Notes under the pieces: generated by a model
Databases searched by the model: none
Seen by the model: the letters and a program-made list of their open reading frames with translations, nothing else
Told to the model about the DNA's origin: nothing
Assembly: GCA_964016885.1 (NCBI GenBank)
Contig: CAXHJY010001150.1
Coordinates: forward strand, 1 to 64,000
DNA: 64,000 bases
Direction: 5' to 3'
DNA from: Eledone cirrhosa
Lineage: Eukaryota
Shown here: piece by piece, positions 45,362-60,411 of the stretch
Layout: the number at the start of each line of letters is the position of its first letter
Position numbering within the stretch: the stretch's first letter is position 1
Translations under genes and position numbers: made by a program

Positions 45362-45551
45362 TATATACATATATATGAATATGAATATATATATATATAT
45401 AATTCTGGACTGAGTCCAGAATTAGCCGTCGAAACGGCTTGAGCTCAGCCGTCGGGGTCTTACTTGTTCCTATTACCCACTCTACTACCCTAAGTATTGA
45501 GTACTTTGGTGCGTTATGGTCCACCTGGTTCCTTACCACATTTCCTTCGTT

Positions 45552-45677
<126 letters not shown>

Positions 45678-45684
45678 ATATATG

Positions 45685-45756
<72 letters not shown>

Positions 45757-45926
45757 TATATAAATATATATAATATATATATATATATTAATTCAAAATA
45801 TTAACAAAAATAGACATTCGTGTGATCAAGTATATTTTATTATACATATTTCAGAGGTAGTGAGTATCAAATAAAATAATTGTAAAACTCATTCTTTGAT
45901 TTATTCATGTAACCTTGTTTAACCTT

Positions 45927-46013
<87 letters not shown>

Positions 46014-46198
46014 GTGTGTGTGTATATATATATATGTGTGTATGTGTGTATAAATAACATATATACAAGTAAGATATCAGTATAAAAGAACTAGAATTCT
46101 AATGGAATAGACTTCTCTGAAAATCTTAGGTAACTGGCCCCCTTGTTCACCTTCCCACCATAGACCTGGCCAAGATGTAGGGCTAATTCCCACCACAC

Positions 46199-46305
46199 CA
46201 TCATCATCATCAACAACAACAACAACAACAACAACAAGAACATCAACATCATCATCATCATCAACAACAACAACAACAACAACAGCAACAACAGCAGCAC
46301 CAACA
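46199..46305. repeat. (CAT)n/(CAA)n/(CAG)n trinucleotide tract
   Basis: Direct reading. Confidence 0.9.
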
Positions 46306-46475
46306 ATATCAGTAAAGATCAATTCATATAAAAAAATAGATGTAAGCTCCCTTTCATTCTTTTCTGTTCATTAATTCAATTAATCATTTATTCATTCATT
46401 CAAACATTCGATCATTCGATCATTCGGTCATTCTCTTCTTCCATAATTCCATTCTGTTTTGTTTGGTCTACTTAC

Positions 46476-46509
46476 GGTCATCTGTTATACAGTCGGCCGT
46501 ATTCATCAT
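46476..46509 (-). CDS. Possible first coding exon of a host gene (MMNTADCITDD)
   Basis: ATGATG...GATGACC followed by a perfect GTAAGT donor, at the end of a TE-poor, 5'-UTR-like stretch (46510-47950); no homology recognised. Confidence 0.25.
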
Positions 46510-47177
46510 TCCCTGCCCGCTCTCGTTTGTCTGATGTTTCAACGTTGAACGCTGTACTGAACGGTGAACGATGAAGTGCTGCAACCCTGCTTTTTCACTT
46601 TTACACTGGTTTCAAATAATTAAAACTAATGTGACCGAGTGTGTTGTCTTGTTCGTGTTCTCGTTGTTGTTGTTGCTGCTGCACAGGTTGTGAACATGTA
46701 TGTATGTACATGTGTATGTGTGTATTTGTGTGAAGGTCTGTGTGTATATGTGTGTGTGTGAGAGAAGACGTGTGTGTGTGAGAGAGGGAGTATGTGTGAG
46801 TGTGTGTGTATGGGTGTGTGTGAGTGTATGTGTAGGTGTGGTGGTGGTGATGGGGGTCTTCGTTTTATATGATTATTATCTTCTGAAGATTGCTGCTATC
46901 TTATCTTCTCGTGGTTGGTCTCTTAACACAACCCACTGTATGTGTGTATTTGTGCACGTTTGTATGTGTGTGTGTGTGTGTTTGTGTTTGTGTATATGTG
47001 AATGTATGTGAATATATATATATGTGTGTGTGTGAAAGAGAAAGAGAAAGTGAAAGAAAAGTGGGTTTATATCAGGAAACTGAAGATCGAAGATTTGGTT
47101 TCATTTCAAAGAGAAAAGAAGAGAAAGCGAGAAAATAGAGTGAACGTGTGAATGTGTGTGTGTGGGAGAGAGAGAGA

Positions 47178-47422
47178 GGGGGGGGAGAAGCGGTCAGATT
47201 GCAGCGAATCAAGAAGTAGCTTGGTGAAAATTCTTTGCTAGCAGGACTGTGGAAAGGAAGAGAGGAAGAGAGGGAGGGAGAGAGTGAGAGAGGAAGAGAG
47301 GAGTAAGAGAGAGAGAGGGGTAGAAGTAAGAGAGAGGTGAGGGGTGAGAGGTTAGAGAAAGAGCGAGAGCAAGGGAGGGGGAGAAGCGGTCAGATTGCAG
47401 CGAATCATGAAGTAGCTTGGTA
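47178..47422. repeat. Local duplication of about 48 bp separated by a GA-rich tract
   Basis: GGGGGAGAAGCGGTCAGATTGCAGCGAATCA(A/T)GAAGTAGCTTGGT at about 47181 and 47377. Confidence 0.8.
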
Positions 47423-47606
47423 AGGATTCATTGGTAGCAGACGACAGGGTTGGAGTTGAGAGAGAGAGAAAGAGAGAGTGAAAGAGAGAGTGAAAAAGAG
47501 TGAGAGAGAGAGAGATTGATATATATACATATATAGCGGGAGAAAGAGAGAGAAAAAGAAACAGAGAGAGCAAGTGAAAGTGTGTGTGTGAGCAATACAC
47601 GCATAC

Positions 47607-47674
<68 letters not shown>

Positions 47675-47712
47675 ACAGATACAGATATGCAGACACACAC
47701 ATGGGAGAGAGA

Positions 47713-47757
<45 letters not shown>

Positions 47758-48160
47758 AGGCTGAGGGGATTTTCTAAAACGTTGGTTATGAAAGACAGGG
47801 GATGACAGATGAGTGCAAAGATAGGTGTAGGTGCGTACGTGTTTGTGTGTATTTATGTGTGTATGTGTCTATATGTGTGTATGTGCGCGCATTAAAAGAA
47901 TGAGTGTGAGTGAGAAAAACAGGAGAAAATAAGGAAAGAAGTGGCATGGCGAGAAAAAAGAGTTAGAGAGAGAGAGGCATATATATATATAACGAAGGAA
48001 GAGTGGTAAGGAACCAGATGGACCATAATGCACCAGAGTACTCAATACTTACGGTAGTAGAGTGGGTAATAGAAAAATGTTCAAGACCCCGACGGCAGAG
48101 CTCAACCAGAAATAGCCGTCGAAACGGCTTGAGTTCTGCCGTCGGGGTCTTGAACATTTT

Positions 48161-48292
<132 letters not shown>

Positions 48293-48388
48293 GAGAGAGA
48301 GAGAGGGAGAGAGGGAGAGAGAGAAAGAAAGAAAGTGACTGTGGATGGTGAGAGAGACAGACGGAGAGATAGATGGATAAATAGATAT

Positions 48389-49852
48389 ATTTCTTTTATT
48401 TGCCACTAGGGCATCAAAAGTGGGACAAGTACAAAGGGGGGAGTTTACACAAAAAGGCGTCCTCAATAAGGAGAAGGCAATAACAAAATATAAAAATAAA
48501 ATAAGATATAACAAAAAATAAAATTTTTAACAAAATCCTCAATAGAGAGGAGGCGCCTTGGGGGGTCGCACACACCCCCGAAAAAAGTGTGCAACCCTTC
48601 TCCTCAGGAGCACAGAGAAGGGGTGCTCCCTTGGTCTTTCATCTTCCTCACCTATAGTCTGATGTAGAGTGAAGGCCCATTCACACGGGCCATTCTCGCC
48701 ACTTTCACCCATCTTTCATAGAAACGGCTGGGGTGCAGCACCTCTCTCTCCATCCTGATCCTTCTTCCGAAATGATATCGGAAGAAACGGACCAGTTGTT
48801 GGCCAGAGAGAAAGGTGCCCGACCTCAGTCCTTTCAGACGCGTCCACCATACAACCTCTTTCGCCATGGCTATTACGCACAGAAACACCGCCTCTGCTTC
48901 ATCTTTGAAGGGGGGAGGCGGCTTGATCATTACAATAGACTCGGTGGTCAACCGGATCGGTCCCACCCTTGACAGCAGTTGTTCGACATAGCCCCACAGA
49001 TCGGCTACGCCCGAGCAGTGTACTAATGCGTGTGCAACGGTTTCCTCGTCGCACACGCATCTGGGACAGATCTTTTTGGCGGGGTCCCTACCCGGGCGCC
49101 CGTGTCTGTAGAGCCTTTCTCGAACGGGTAAAGCCCCTCGGTAGCACTGCCAGGCCAGGGACTTCTGGAAGTTGTCCATAGGTCCCGGGCTAAATGTCCT
49201 ACCGAAAAGGCTGGCCAGTTCGTCCTCCTCCATGTCTAGGGCTTCTCCGAGGGCGTCGTCGCACCTGCTGCGTACCAGCCCTCTATAGAATGTTGCGGTG
49301 GAGTCTCCACTGATAACCGGATCCGCCTGCCAGAGGGCGGTGAGCGCCTGGGCACACTCAGTGTGCCAGGCGCCCAGTTTTCTCGGTCTTTGCTTGACCC
49401 AGGATTGCAGCTCGGTGAGTGAGACGAGTCTGGGAAAGGTTCGTCTCACAAACGAGGCCCACACCGGTTGTCCGGTGAGGAATACGTAGAGGTGCCGTAG
49501 CCTTAATGCGTGTTTACGCATCATTAGCCACGGCATCCCCAGCCCTCCTTTCGAAGGGTGTTGACAGCAGATGGATCTCCTCACCATAGGAGCCCGCCTC
49601 TTCCAAAGGAATTGGAAGAGCGCGCGCTCCATCTTGGTGAGGGTTTCCCTTGGGCAGGGCACTACGGTCAGGCGGTAGTAGATGACGGACGCTATGTAGG
49701 TGTTCGCCACCTCCGCCCGACCTTTCAGGGATAGTTTGCAACTGGCCCACTTCTGGGTCAGTGCAAACACTCTGTTCGTAACCTCCGCCCAGTTTTTCTC
49801 CACCTGGAGGTCCGGTCCGAACCAGACCCCGAGCAACTTCACCGGGCCCTCC
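48389..49852 (-). mobile_element. 5'-truncated Tx1-clade LINE (copy 1)
   Basis: Open frame 48652-49852: KLLGVWFG, LSLKGRAEVANTYIASVIYY, GGLG, CPRC..DEETVAHALVHC zinc finger; 3' UTR ends in AATAAA; flanked by (TAGA)n-like sequence. Confidence 0.92.
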
Positions 49853-49951
49853 TAGATGGATAAATAGATAGGCAGATAGATAGATAAATAGATAGGCAGA
49901 TAGATAGATAAATAGATAGATGTGTTAGATAAATAGATAGATAGATAGATA

Positions 49952-51617
49952 TGTTTCTTTATTAGCCACAGGGGCACAAAAGAAGGGGACAAATACAAAT
50001 GGGGAGTTTACATACAGGTATATGAAAATAAAACTATTAATAAAACAAAAAATAACAATTGAAATCCCCAATAGGGGGGGGGGGGCGTTACACAAGGGTT
50101 GTATATACCCCGAAAAAAAATGCACAACCCTCATCTCCAGGAGCACCAAGAGTGAGTACTCCCTAACTCTCTTCCTCTTTTTCCTCAACCTACAGGCTTA
50201 TATAGAGAGAAGGCCCAACCACTCGGACCATTTTTGCCACATTCACCCACCTTTTATAAAATTTGCTGGGGTACAGCACCTCTCTCTCCATCCTGATTCT
50301 TCTTCCAAAATGATATTTGAAAAAACAAATCAGTTGCTCGCCGGAGAGAAAGGTGTCTGACCTCAGCCCTTTTAACCTCGACCAACATATAACCTCTTTC
50401 ACCATAGCCATAACACATAGGAAAACCGCCTCTCCCTCGTTTTTGAAGGAGGGTGGTGGTTTGATCATGACAATGGACTCGGTGGTCAACCGGATTGGTC
50501 CCACCGGCGACAATAGTCATTCTACATAGCCCCACAGGTTGGTAACGCCCGGGAAGTGTACAAATACGTGCACGACGGTTTCCTCGTCGCGCACGCATCT
50601 TGGACAGATCTTTTTCGAAGGGTCCCTACCCGGGCGCCCGTGTCTGTAGAGCTTGTCTCGAACTGGTAGAGCTCCTCGGTAGCACTGCCAGGTCAGGGAC
50701 TTTTGGAAGTGGTCCATCGGTCCCGGGCGGAAGGTCCTACCGAACAGGCTGGCCAGTTCGTCCTCCTCTACGCCTAGAGTTTCTCCGAGCGCGTCGTCGC
50801 ACTTGCTGCGGACCAACCCTCCATAGAATGTCGAAGTGGAGTCTCCACTGATCGCCGGGTCCGTTTGCCAGAGGACTGTGAGCGCCTGAGCACATTCGAT
50901 GTGCCAGTCGCCCATTTTTCTCGGTCTTTGCTTGACCAAGGACTGCAGCTCGGTCAGCGAGACGAGTCGTGGGAAGGCTGGCCTCACGACCGCGGCCCAC
51001 ACCGGTTGTCCGGTGAGGAATACGTGGAGGTGCCGCAGCCTGAGCGCGTGTTTGCGCATCGTCAGCCACGGCATCCCCAGCCCTCCGTTTGAAGAGTGTT
51101 GGCAGCAGATGGATCTTCTCACCAAAAGATCCCGTTTCTTCCAAAGGAATTGGAAGAGCGCGCGCCCCATTTTGGTGAGCGTTTTGGCTGGACATGCACG
51201 ACGGTCAAGCGGTAGTAGATGACGGACGCTATAAAAGTGTTCGTCACCTCCGTTCGACCTTTCAAGGATAGTTTGCACTCGGCCCAATTCTGGGTGAGCG
51301 CAAACACCTTGGCCGTCACCTCGTTCCAGTTCTTCTCCACCTGGAGGTCCGGACCAAACCAGACCCCGAGCAGCTTTACCGGTCCTTCCCTCCAGCGTCC
51401 GACGACGCCATCGGAAGGCATCGGTTTGCCTCTCCACGTTCCGAGTTGCAAACCGACGGATTTGTCCCGGTTCAGCTTCGCTCCTGTGAACCTTTCGTAT
51501 TCCTTCAGTAAGGTGCCGACCTCCCGGATTTGCGAGGTGCTCGACACCATTATTGTCACGTTGTCGTCGGCGTAGGCCGACGCCGCTTTTCGCTGTTCCG
51601 GTTCCAAAGGAATGCCC
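49952..51617 (-). mobile_element. 5'-truncated Tx1-clade LINE (copy 2, frameshifted)
   Basis: SAYADD RT motif, GAKLNRDKS, KLLGVWFG and the same zinc finger; clearly diverged from copy 1; flanked by (TAGA)n. Confidence 0.92.
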
Positions 51618-51869
51618 TAGATAGATAGATAGATAGATAGACAATTAGATAAATAGATTGTATTTATTGTCCGAAGATAGATACATAAATAGGTATCTAT
51701 GGATAGCTACCTGTTTAACTACCGATCATCTTATCAAAAGAGAAATGTGTATGAATGACAATATCAAATTACCATTTTCTAAACAAATTTCGCACAAATT
51801 GGATGTCATGTGACTCTTGGTTACTGTACATAAACATATATATATATGCGAAAAGCACACAAAAGCAAC

Positions 51870-51926
<57 letters not shown>

Positions 51927-51949
51927 ACGCACACGCACACGCACACACG

Positions 51950-51994
<45 letters not shown>

Positions 51995-52004
51995 AACTTT
52001 TAGA

Positions 52005-53861
<1,857 letters not shown>

Positions 53862-53918
53862 TTTGCAACGGGTCACTTTGTGGCTCAATGAAGAGTTAAT
53901 AAATTAAATAATCAGAGC

Positions 53919-54583
53919 TATATATCATAAAACATGTCTATAGAATCACCAGATAAAATATATACCGTTTCCTCTCCCAATTAACATAATTAACCATATA
54001 AAAAATCAATTAGACAAAGCTATAAGAATAAAAGCTCCTATGAAGAAATCTCCGACAAATAACCGAAAGCATCCCTTCGCGGCGGTTGCGACGGAGTATT
54101 TATCGAGTATTTCGACAGCGTGTATAAATCGACCAGATATACAGTCAACTAAACAGAATTAGGTGTAAAATAAACTAGAAAGAAAGTGAACATATTTAGT
54201 TACCTCTAAATTAATTGTCTAAATTTGAGCTAACTCCTGAAGAGTCCGGTGCTCTAGATTTCCAATGTTATCGGATATCTTAAAATGCGGACGAAACCAT
54301 GGTAGAGGTAACTAAATATGTTCACTTTCCTTCTAGTTTATTTTACACCTAATTCTGTTTAGTTGACTGTATATCTGGTCGATTTATACACGCTGTCGAA
54401 ATACTCGTTAAATACTCCGTCGCAACCGCCGCGAAGGGATGCTTTCGGTTATTTGTCGGAGATTTCTTCATAGGAGCTTTTATTATTATAGCTTGGTCTA
54501 ATTGATTTTTTATATGGTTAATTATGCTAATTGGGAGAGGAAACGGTATATATTTTATCTGGTGATTCTATAGACATGTTTTA

Positions 54584-54592
<9 letters not shown>
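53919..54592 (+). mobile_element. Fold-back element with about 290-bp arms and an HHR in the spacer
   Basis: 53919-54208 is the reverse complement of 54303-54592. Confidence 0.92.
54231..54310 (+). ncRNA. Type I hammerhead ribozyme motif
   Basis: TAaCTC-CTGAAGA-GTCCG...CGGAC-GAAA-CCATGG-TA-GAGgTA; G10.1-C11.1 present; GUA triplet. Confidence 0.82.
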
Positions 54593-54670
<78 letters not shown>

Positions 54671-54673
<3 letters not shown>

Positions 54674-55302
54674 AGATAAGCAGAACAAGTAAAATTCAAT
54701 CAATTTTTCAAAATAAATCAAAATTAATATACAATCAAAATTAATCAAAATTAAAAAATATAATATAAATATTTACCTATTCTAATGGCCCTAACTGTAC
54801 AGTTTCACGGTGCAAAATATTAAATATCACCAGGATATTAATGGAAAAGCAACGATCATCAGAGAAGCATTTTCCTGTCCTAGGGTTAAAAACCCCAGGA
54901 ACGACAAAATATATGACCTCACTCCAACTAATACAGGTCTAAAAGGTCGTGAAAGTGACCCGTAAATACATTGGTGTATAGTGAAGGCGGGAAATCGTAG
55001 ACTCGCCGTCTATAGCTCGCCACTAAAAAAAAGATTTTTAGTAACTAAATATAACGACAAATTTGTATCTCTACATATGGAGATTATTGAAAAAGGTTAA
55101 TATATATCTGAGGGTACAATGTACCCCCGGAAATATATAGTGTGTCTATGATTTAAGGTGGTTCTATGGTAATAATTTGATATACCAGAACATAATATCA
55201 AGATAAGCAGAACAAGTAAAATTCAATCAATTTTTCAAAATAAATCAAAATTAATATACAATCAAAATTAATCAAAATTAAAAAATATAATATAAATATT
55301 TA

Positions 55303-55307
<5 letters not shown>
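54671..55307 (-). mobile_element. Non-coding element with about 110-bp direct terminal repeats and an HHR
   Basis: 54671-54780 repeated at 55198-55307; minus-strand TTCT-CTGATGA-..-GAAA-CTGTACAG-TT-AGGG at about 54789-54866. Confidence 0.75.
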
Positions 55308-55349
<42 letters not shown>

Positions 55350-55595
55350 CGGCGATGAATTTATTTTGCGAGGTTTTTGATATGAAATCGTGTGTCAAAA
55401 CAAATATTGTTGTACTTGGGGAGGATCATATTGTTGTCATACTATTGCCAGAAATAATAACAGAACACACTCACTGTTTGGTTGGTTTTCGCTTCTGTAT
55501 CTTTTATATCTCCATAGTTAATTCATTCAGCCACTAATGTTTATCATTGACTGACCAACGGTCAAAAATACAGATATAAATATATATATATATAG

Positions 55596-55992
55596 ATAAC
55601 GGTTTCTGGCTCTATCACTTGGACGCTAACGTCGAAACTGGAGAAAAAGCTAGACACGTATGCTCCGTGCTGCTTTAAACGTGTCTTGGAGGGAACACCC
55701 AACAAATAAGGATCTCTATGTCAATATACCAGCTATCAGCAGGTCAATACGTGGACAGAGACTCAGATTTGCTGGCCACTGTTGGCGTAGCAAGGAAGAA
55801 ATACCATGTGATGTGTTGTTATGGAGTCCATCTCATGGAGCAAGAAACGCTGGTCGTCCCAAGAAGACATACGTCAAGCAACTTGAGGACGATACTGGAT
55901 GCGCTGCGGAAGAACTGGCAAACGCTATGAGAGACAGAGATGGATGGAGGAAACGTGTCGTAGAAAGCCGAGCAAGCTCGACCTGATGCTGA
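55596..55992 (+). mobile_element. RTE-clade LINE 3' fragment
   Basis: GSITWTLT..MLRAALNVSW..HPTN..LY..QRLRFAGHCWR..GRPKKTY..AMRDRDGW; (TGA)n-like tail. Confidence 0.88.
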
Positions 55993-56602
55993 TATATAGT
56001 TTAACAAAGTTCTTTCGTTGCACATATGCAACATCATCAGTGGTACTATTATCATGTTTTCTTCTATTGTATTGTATTGTAATGTCTACAAAAATGGCGT
56101 AGACATTACAATATATACATATATAAATATATTAATATTTGATGAACATTTACATGTTTTAGTTGCAATTGACTAATAAAATCGCTAGAATGAAATATCT
56201 TAATTCAACAACATATATATAAATATATACATATATCCCTATGAATTTCATATACGTCTCTTTACTAGAAGTCAGATATATTTTCTTATGTGGGCTGACA
56301 GTAATTGATTAAGGAACTGCAGAAACCCAAAAAGCTAGAATTTAACATCCTTCTAGCGGGTCCGGGTGAGTTTTTACATTCATTTAATTTATTAATTTAT
56401 TAATTTATTATCTGAGTGACCCGAATTTTCCTGGTCGTTTTTTTCGGCTGTGCGAATGATTTAAGGCATCGTCTCTATGTGTTGGTATTTTAACGATAGT
56501 TATAGTTCTGGTTTATCCAAACTATTGAGCCCTCTGCCACACATGTCGAAGATTGTTTATCGTTATTTCGTGGGCCGAGATTCTGATTTTCGATTATTTA
56601 CT

Positions 56603-56640
<38 letters not shown>

Positions 56641-56643
<3 letters not shown>

Positions 56644-56810
56644 AGTAAGTATGTTTTGAAACAGTGAGCGAGTTTGAAATTAGAAAATATATAGCTTTCA
56701 CCGTATTTTTAACTAAAGGAATTTTAGCTTGATAACGGGGTTTAGAACCCCGTTATCAAGCTAAAATTCCTTTAGTTAAAAATACGGTGAAAGCTATATA
56801 TTTTCTAATA
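56641..56810. mobile_element. Family H fold-back copy lacking the tRNA head
   Basis: Homologous to 43275-43400; apex GGGGTTtagAACCCC. Confidence 0.75.
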
Positions 56811-57023
56811 TATATATATATAACAAAGGAATTGTGGTAAGGAACCAGATGGACCATAAAGCACCAGAGTACTCAATACTTAGGGTAGTAGAGTGGGAAA
56901 TAGGAAAAAGTATGACCCTGACGGCAGAGCTCAAGCCGTTTCGACGGCTATTTCTGGACACAAATAGAGTTCAGAAATAGCCGTCGAAACGGCTTGAGCT
57001 CTGCTGTCAGGGTCATACTTTTT

Positions 57024-57102
<79 letters not shown>

Positions 57103-57469
57103 GTATGTATGTAAAAGGTAAACAAGAATAGCTAGACCAACGACACAGTACATGGAAGAAATATGTTAATTGAACGCTTGAAATAGCAGGAAGAGAGTTT
57201 TAACGTTTCATTAACAGTCCTTCGTCAGAAGATAGAGTTAGAAATAGAAGAAAGTAAAAGGTGATTGGAGGAAAATGAGGAAATAAAAGGGGGAGAAAAA
57301 AAAACATGTGCTTATTCAGTCAGCCATTCTGTGGAGAGTATATATATTACGATAACAGAAGTCTGATGAGCTTTTGATTTCCGATCGATACAGATCGGAC
57401 ATTGAGCTGAGCAATCGAGAAACATGCATTACACTTCAATAAATGTAATGAAAATTTGACACCTCGTCC

Positions 57470-57583
<114 letters not shown>

Positions 57584-57668
57584 ATTAACATTGTCGGCGG
57601 TACAACAAGGGGCTTTATCTCAAGTACTCAACCTCTAACTGGATTACCTATAACGATAACTTGTTATC

Positions 57669-57702
<34 letters not shown>

Positions 57703-57704
<2 letters not shown>

Positions 57705-59890
57705 GAGGTAACAAATTATTGTTATAGGTAGTCCACTTAAGTGTAGTCTAGTTATGGTACTCCGGGTAGTGGATGATATCAACGCTTGGCTAAGTTTGAC
57801 TCAACAAGGCGTTTCCATAGTGATGCTGCGAGTACGCTGTAATTCCTATGTTGTAAACACTTGGAGTAATGATAAATCAGGAAAGAAGAGTGACACGGTT
57901 TGCTATACAAAAAAGGTTTTTAATCTCATTGCTGACAATTGTTTCTCTGAACTGGTAGGTCTAGAGATCGCTACTCGCCTATTTTCACGTTATTCGATCA
58001 CCAATACAAAGTTATACCAGTCAATTCATCGCAATTACACCAACCGCTCACACAAAAATAGAGGTAACAGGACTAGACATAGGGTTAGGCACGTAGCACC
58101 TAGAGTAAGCGGTCCAAACACCAATAATGTAAACCCTAGAAACAATAGAAGAATCAGAGAAAGAAAATACCTATGGTTCAACCCAATCTTCAACTCCTCT
58201 GTAAAAACCAGACTGCCTTCTACATTCTTTAAACTGATAGATAACACTTCCCTATTTCACACAGGTATTATAAAATACTCAATAGAAACACTATAAAACT
58301 CTCATACTCTACGGCAGCAAATATAGAATCGCACATACGCAAGATCAACCACAGAAATATCTCTAGGGAATCCGCCCCACCTATGCGCAACATAACACCA
58401 AATTATAAGCATAAACACATCACAGTATCACAACCGCAAGCGCATACAAGCACGCAGCAGCAAAACCCCAACGGGTATGAATCACAACCCACTTATAGCA
58501 GTGTACAAAACAGCAGTGTAGAAGCTGCACGAAATAACACCTCAAACTGTAACTGTCACCTACCGGATAGGTGCCCATTGGCGAATAGATGCCTTGATTC
58601 GAGCCTAGTGTACATGTGTACGGTCAACTCAGACAACTCCACTTGGCATTACATTGGATCCACCGCGGGTACTTTTAAAAAAAGATGGTATGTGCACAGA
58701 CACTCGATGAAAAATCGTGCACTTATAATCTGGGAACTTAAGGACAACAGCACCAACTACAGTATCAACTGGTCGAGGTTGTCGGCCGCAAAGACCTACA
58801 GTATCGGTATGTCCCACTGTAGGCTATGTGATCTAGAATTACTGTATATCCTTAGAAATGTAAAAAGGCAACTTAACAACAAGTTAGAAAGATCTATTTC
58901 CTGCAGACACAGGATCGCCACTAAATTCACAAGATTTAAACCTCCGTGAATCGAACCGACGTAACCTAGCTTTCAACTTAGGATACCCACTACTCTGCAC
59001 GAACCACCACAGAAATATAATCATTAAGTACATTCTAGCCTTCGTAGTTATATACCCAACTAATGTCTGTAAGTACCTCATCAACCCATAAGCATATCTC
59101 TTCTCAGCTGCTGTCAGCACTTGAACCTAAATCCAAGAATATTTCAAAATACTACTACAACAGAACTTTACCTTCCTCCTGCTATAATTATAGTCAGCAT
59201 GTTTTCTCTTTATATGTATGTATATGTGTATGTATATATATATATATGTTTGTGTGCATGTATGTATATATATATTGCCTCCTTAACCTCTGTATTAACT
59301 TGCCCATTATATTGCTACTCTGTTAATGTTGTCTTATACATGTATGTTATTGATGATGAGAAAGCTAGACAACCCTTTCATCTAATATAGACCACACAAA
59401 TCTCACTACAGTGTAAATTCTTCATCTGTCAGATAATAAACGATTCTTACGGCCACCAGACCTACATTGTTTAAAGACACCGGCTTATCTTTACACTAGA
59501 TATAATACACCCCATGACAGCTTTTACATGTCAATTTTATACATCTGCCTCATGTCAGCTAGTTTTACACACTAAAATCGTAGATATACTATACTTCCAA
59601 CCTAGATTGATGTTGTGATTATTTCAAATAATTTATTGCTAGCATTGTTAGTATTGTTGTTATTGTTCTGATTGAATGCCATTACTACTATATATAGTAG
59701 CCATGCCTGTATATTCTTTTCATTCTCACAAGCTCCGATGAATTGACTGGTTATAACTTTGTATTGGTGATCGAATAACGTGAAAATAAGCGGGTAGCGA
59801 TCTCTAGACCTACCAGTTCAGAGAAACAATTGTCAGCAATGAGATTAAAAACCTTTTTTGTATAGCAAACCGTGTCACTCTTCTTTCCTG

Positions 59891-59895
<5 letters not shown>
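57703..59895 (+). mobile_element. 5'-truncated Penelope-like element with inverted pseudo-LTR copy
   Basis: 57870-58030 is the reverse complement of 59736-59895; coding remnant in between; decayed long-stem-II HHR at 59724-59844. Confidence 0.88.
58032..58949 (+). pseudogene. PLE ORF C-terminus: RT thumb, Cys-rich linker and GIY-YIG endonuclease
   Basis: RKYLWFNPIFNSSVKTRLPSTFFKLID; CNCHLPDRCPLANRCL; LVYMC..HYIGST..FKKRW..H; CRLCDLE; LNNKLE..CRHR; frameshift near 58250. Confidence 0.9.
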
Positions 59896-59965
<70 letters not shown>

Positions 59966-60080
59966 ATATTTAATAGAGAAATGGCTTCTACAGGACTAGA
60001 ACTGTTTTATTAAATATTCATACTCTGTTATGTATTGAATACCTTACTTGGTGTGGTTACCCCCGATTTAACCCGTGATA

Positions 60081-60210
<130 letters not shown>

Positions 60211-60411
60211 TGTGTGTGTGTGTCTGTGTGTGTCTGTGTGTCTGTGTGTGTCTGTGTGTGTCTGTGTGTGTCTGAGTGTGTCTGTGTGTATGTATATATA
60301 TATATATATTGGAAAATGTGTGAGATCCTTGGTAAGTTAGGTATATTTGAAAAAAAAGAAAAGAATTACTTCACTTGTAGTGTTAAAAAATTTGATTTAA
60401 TTTTATAAAAT

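Noticed and set aside
46077-46322. Poly-V/D, poly-L/M or poly-H/Q protein
   Set aside because: Trinucleotide tract with no supporting exon structure or homology
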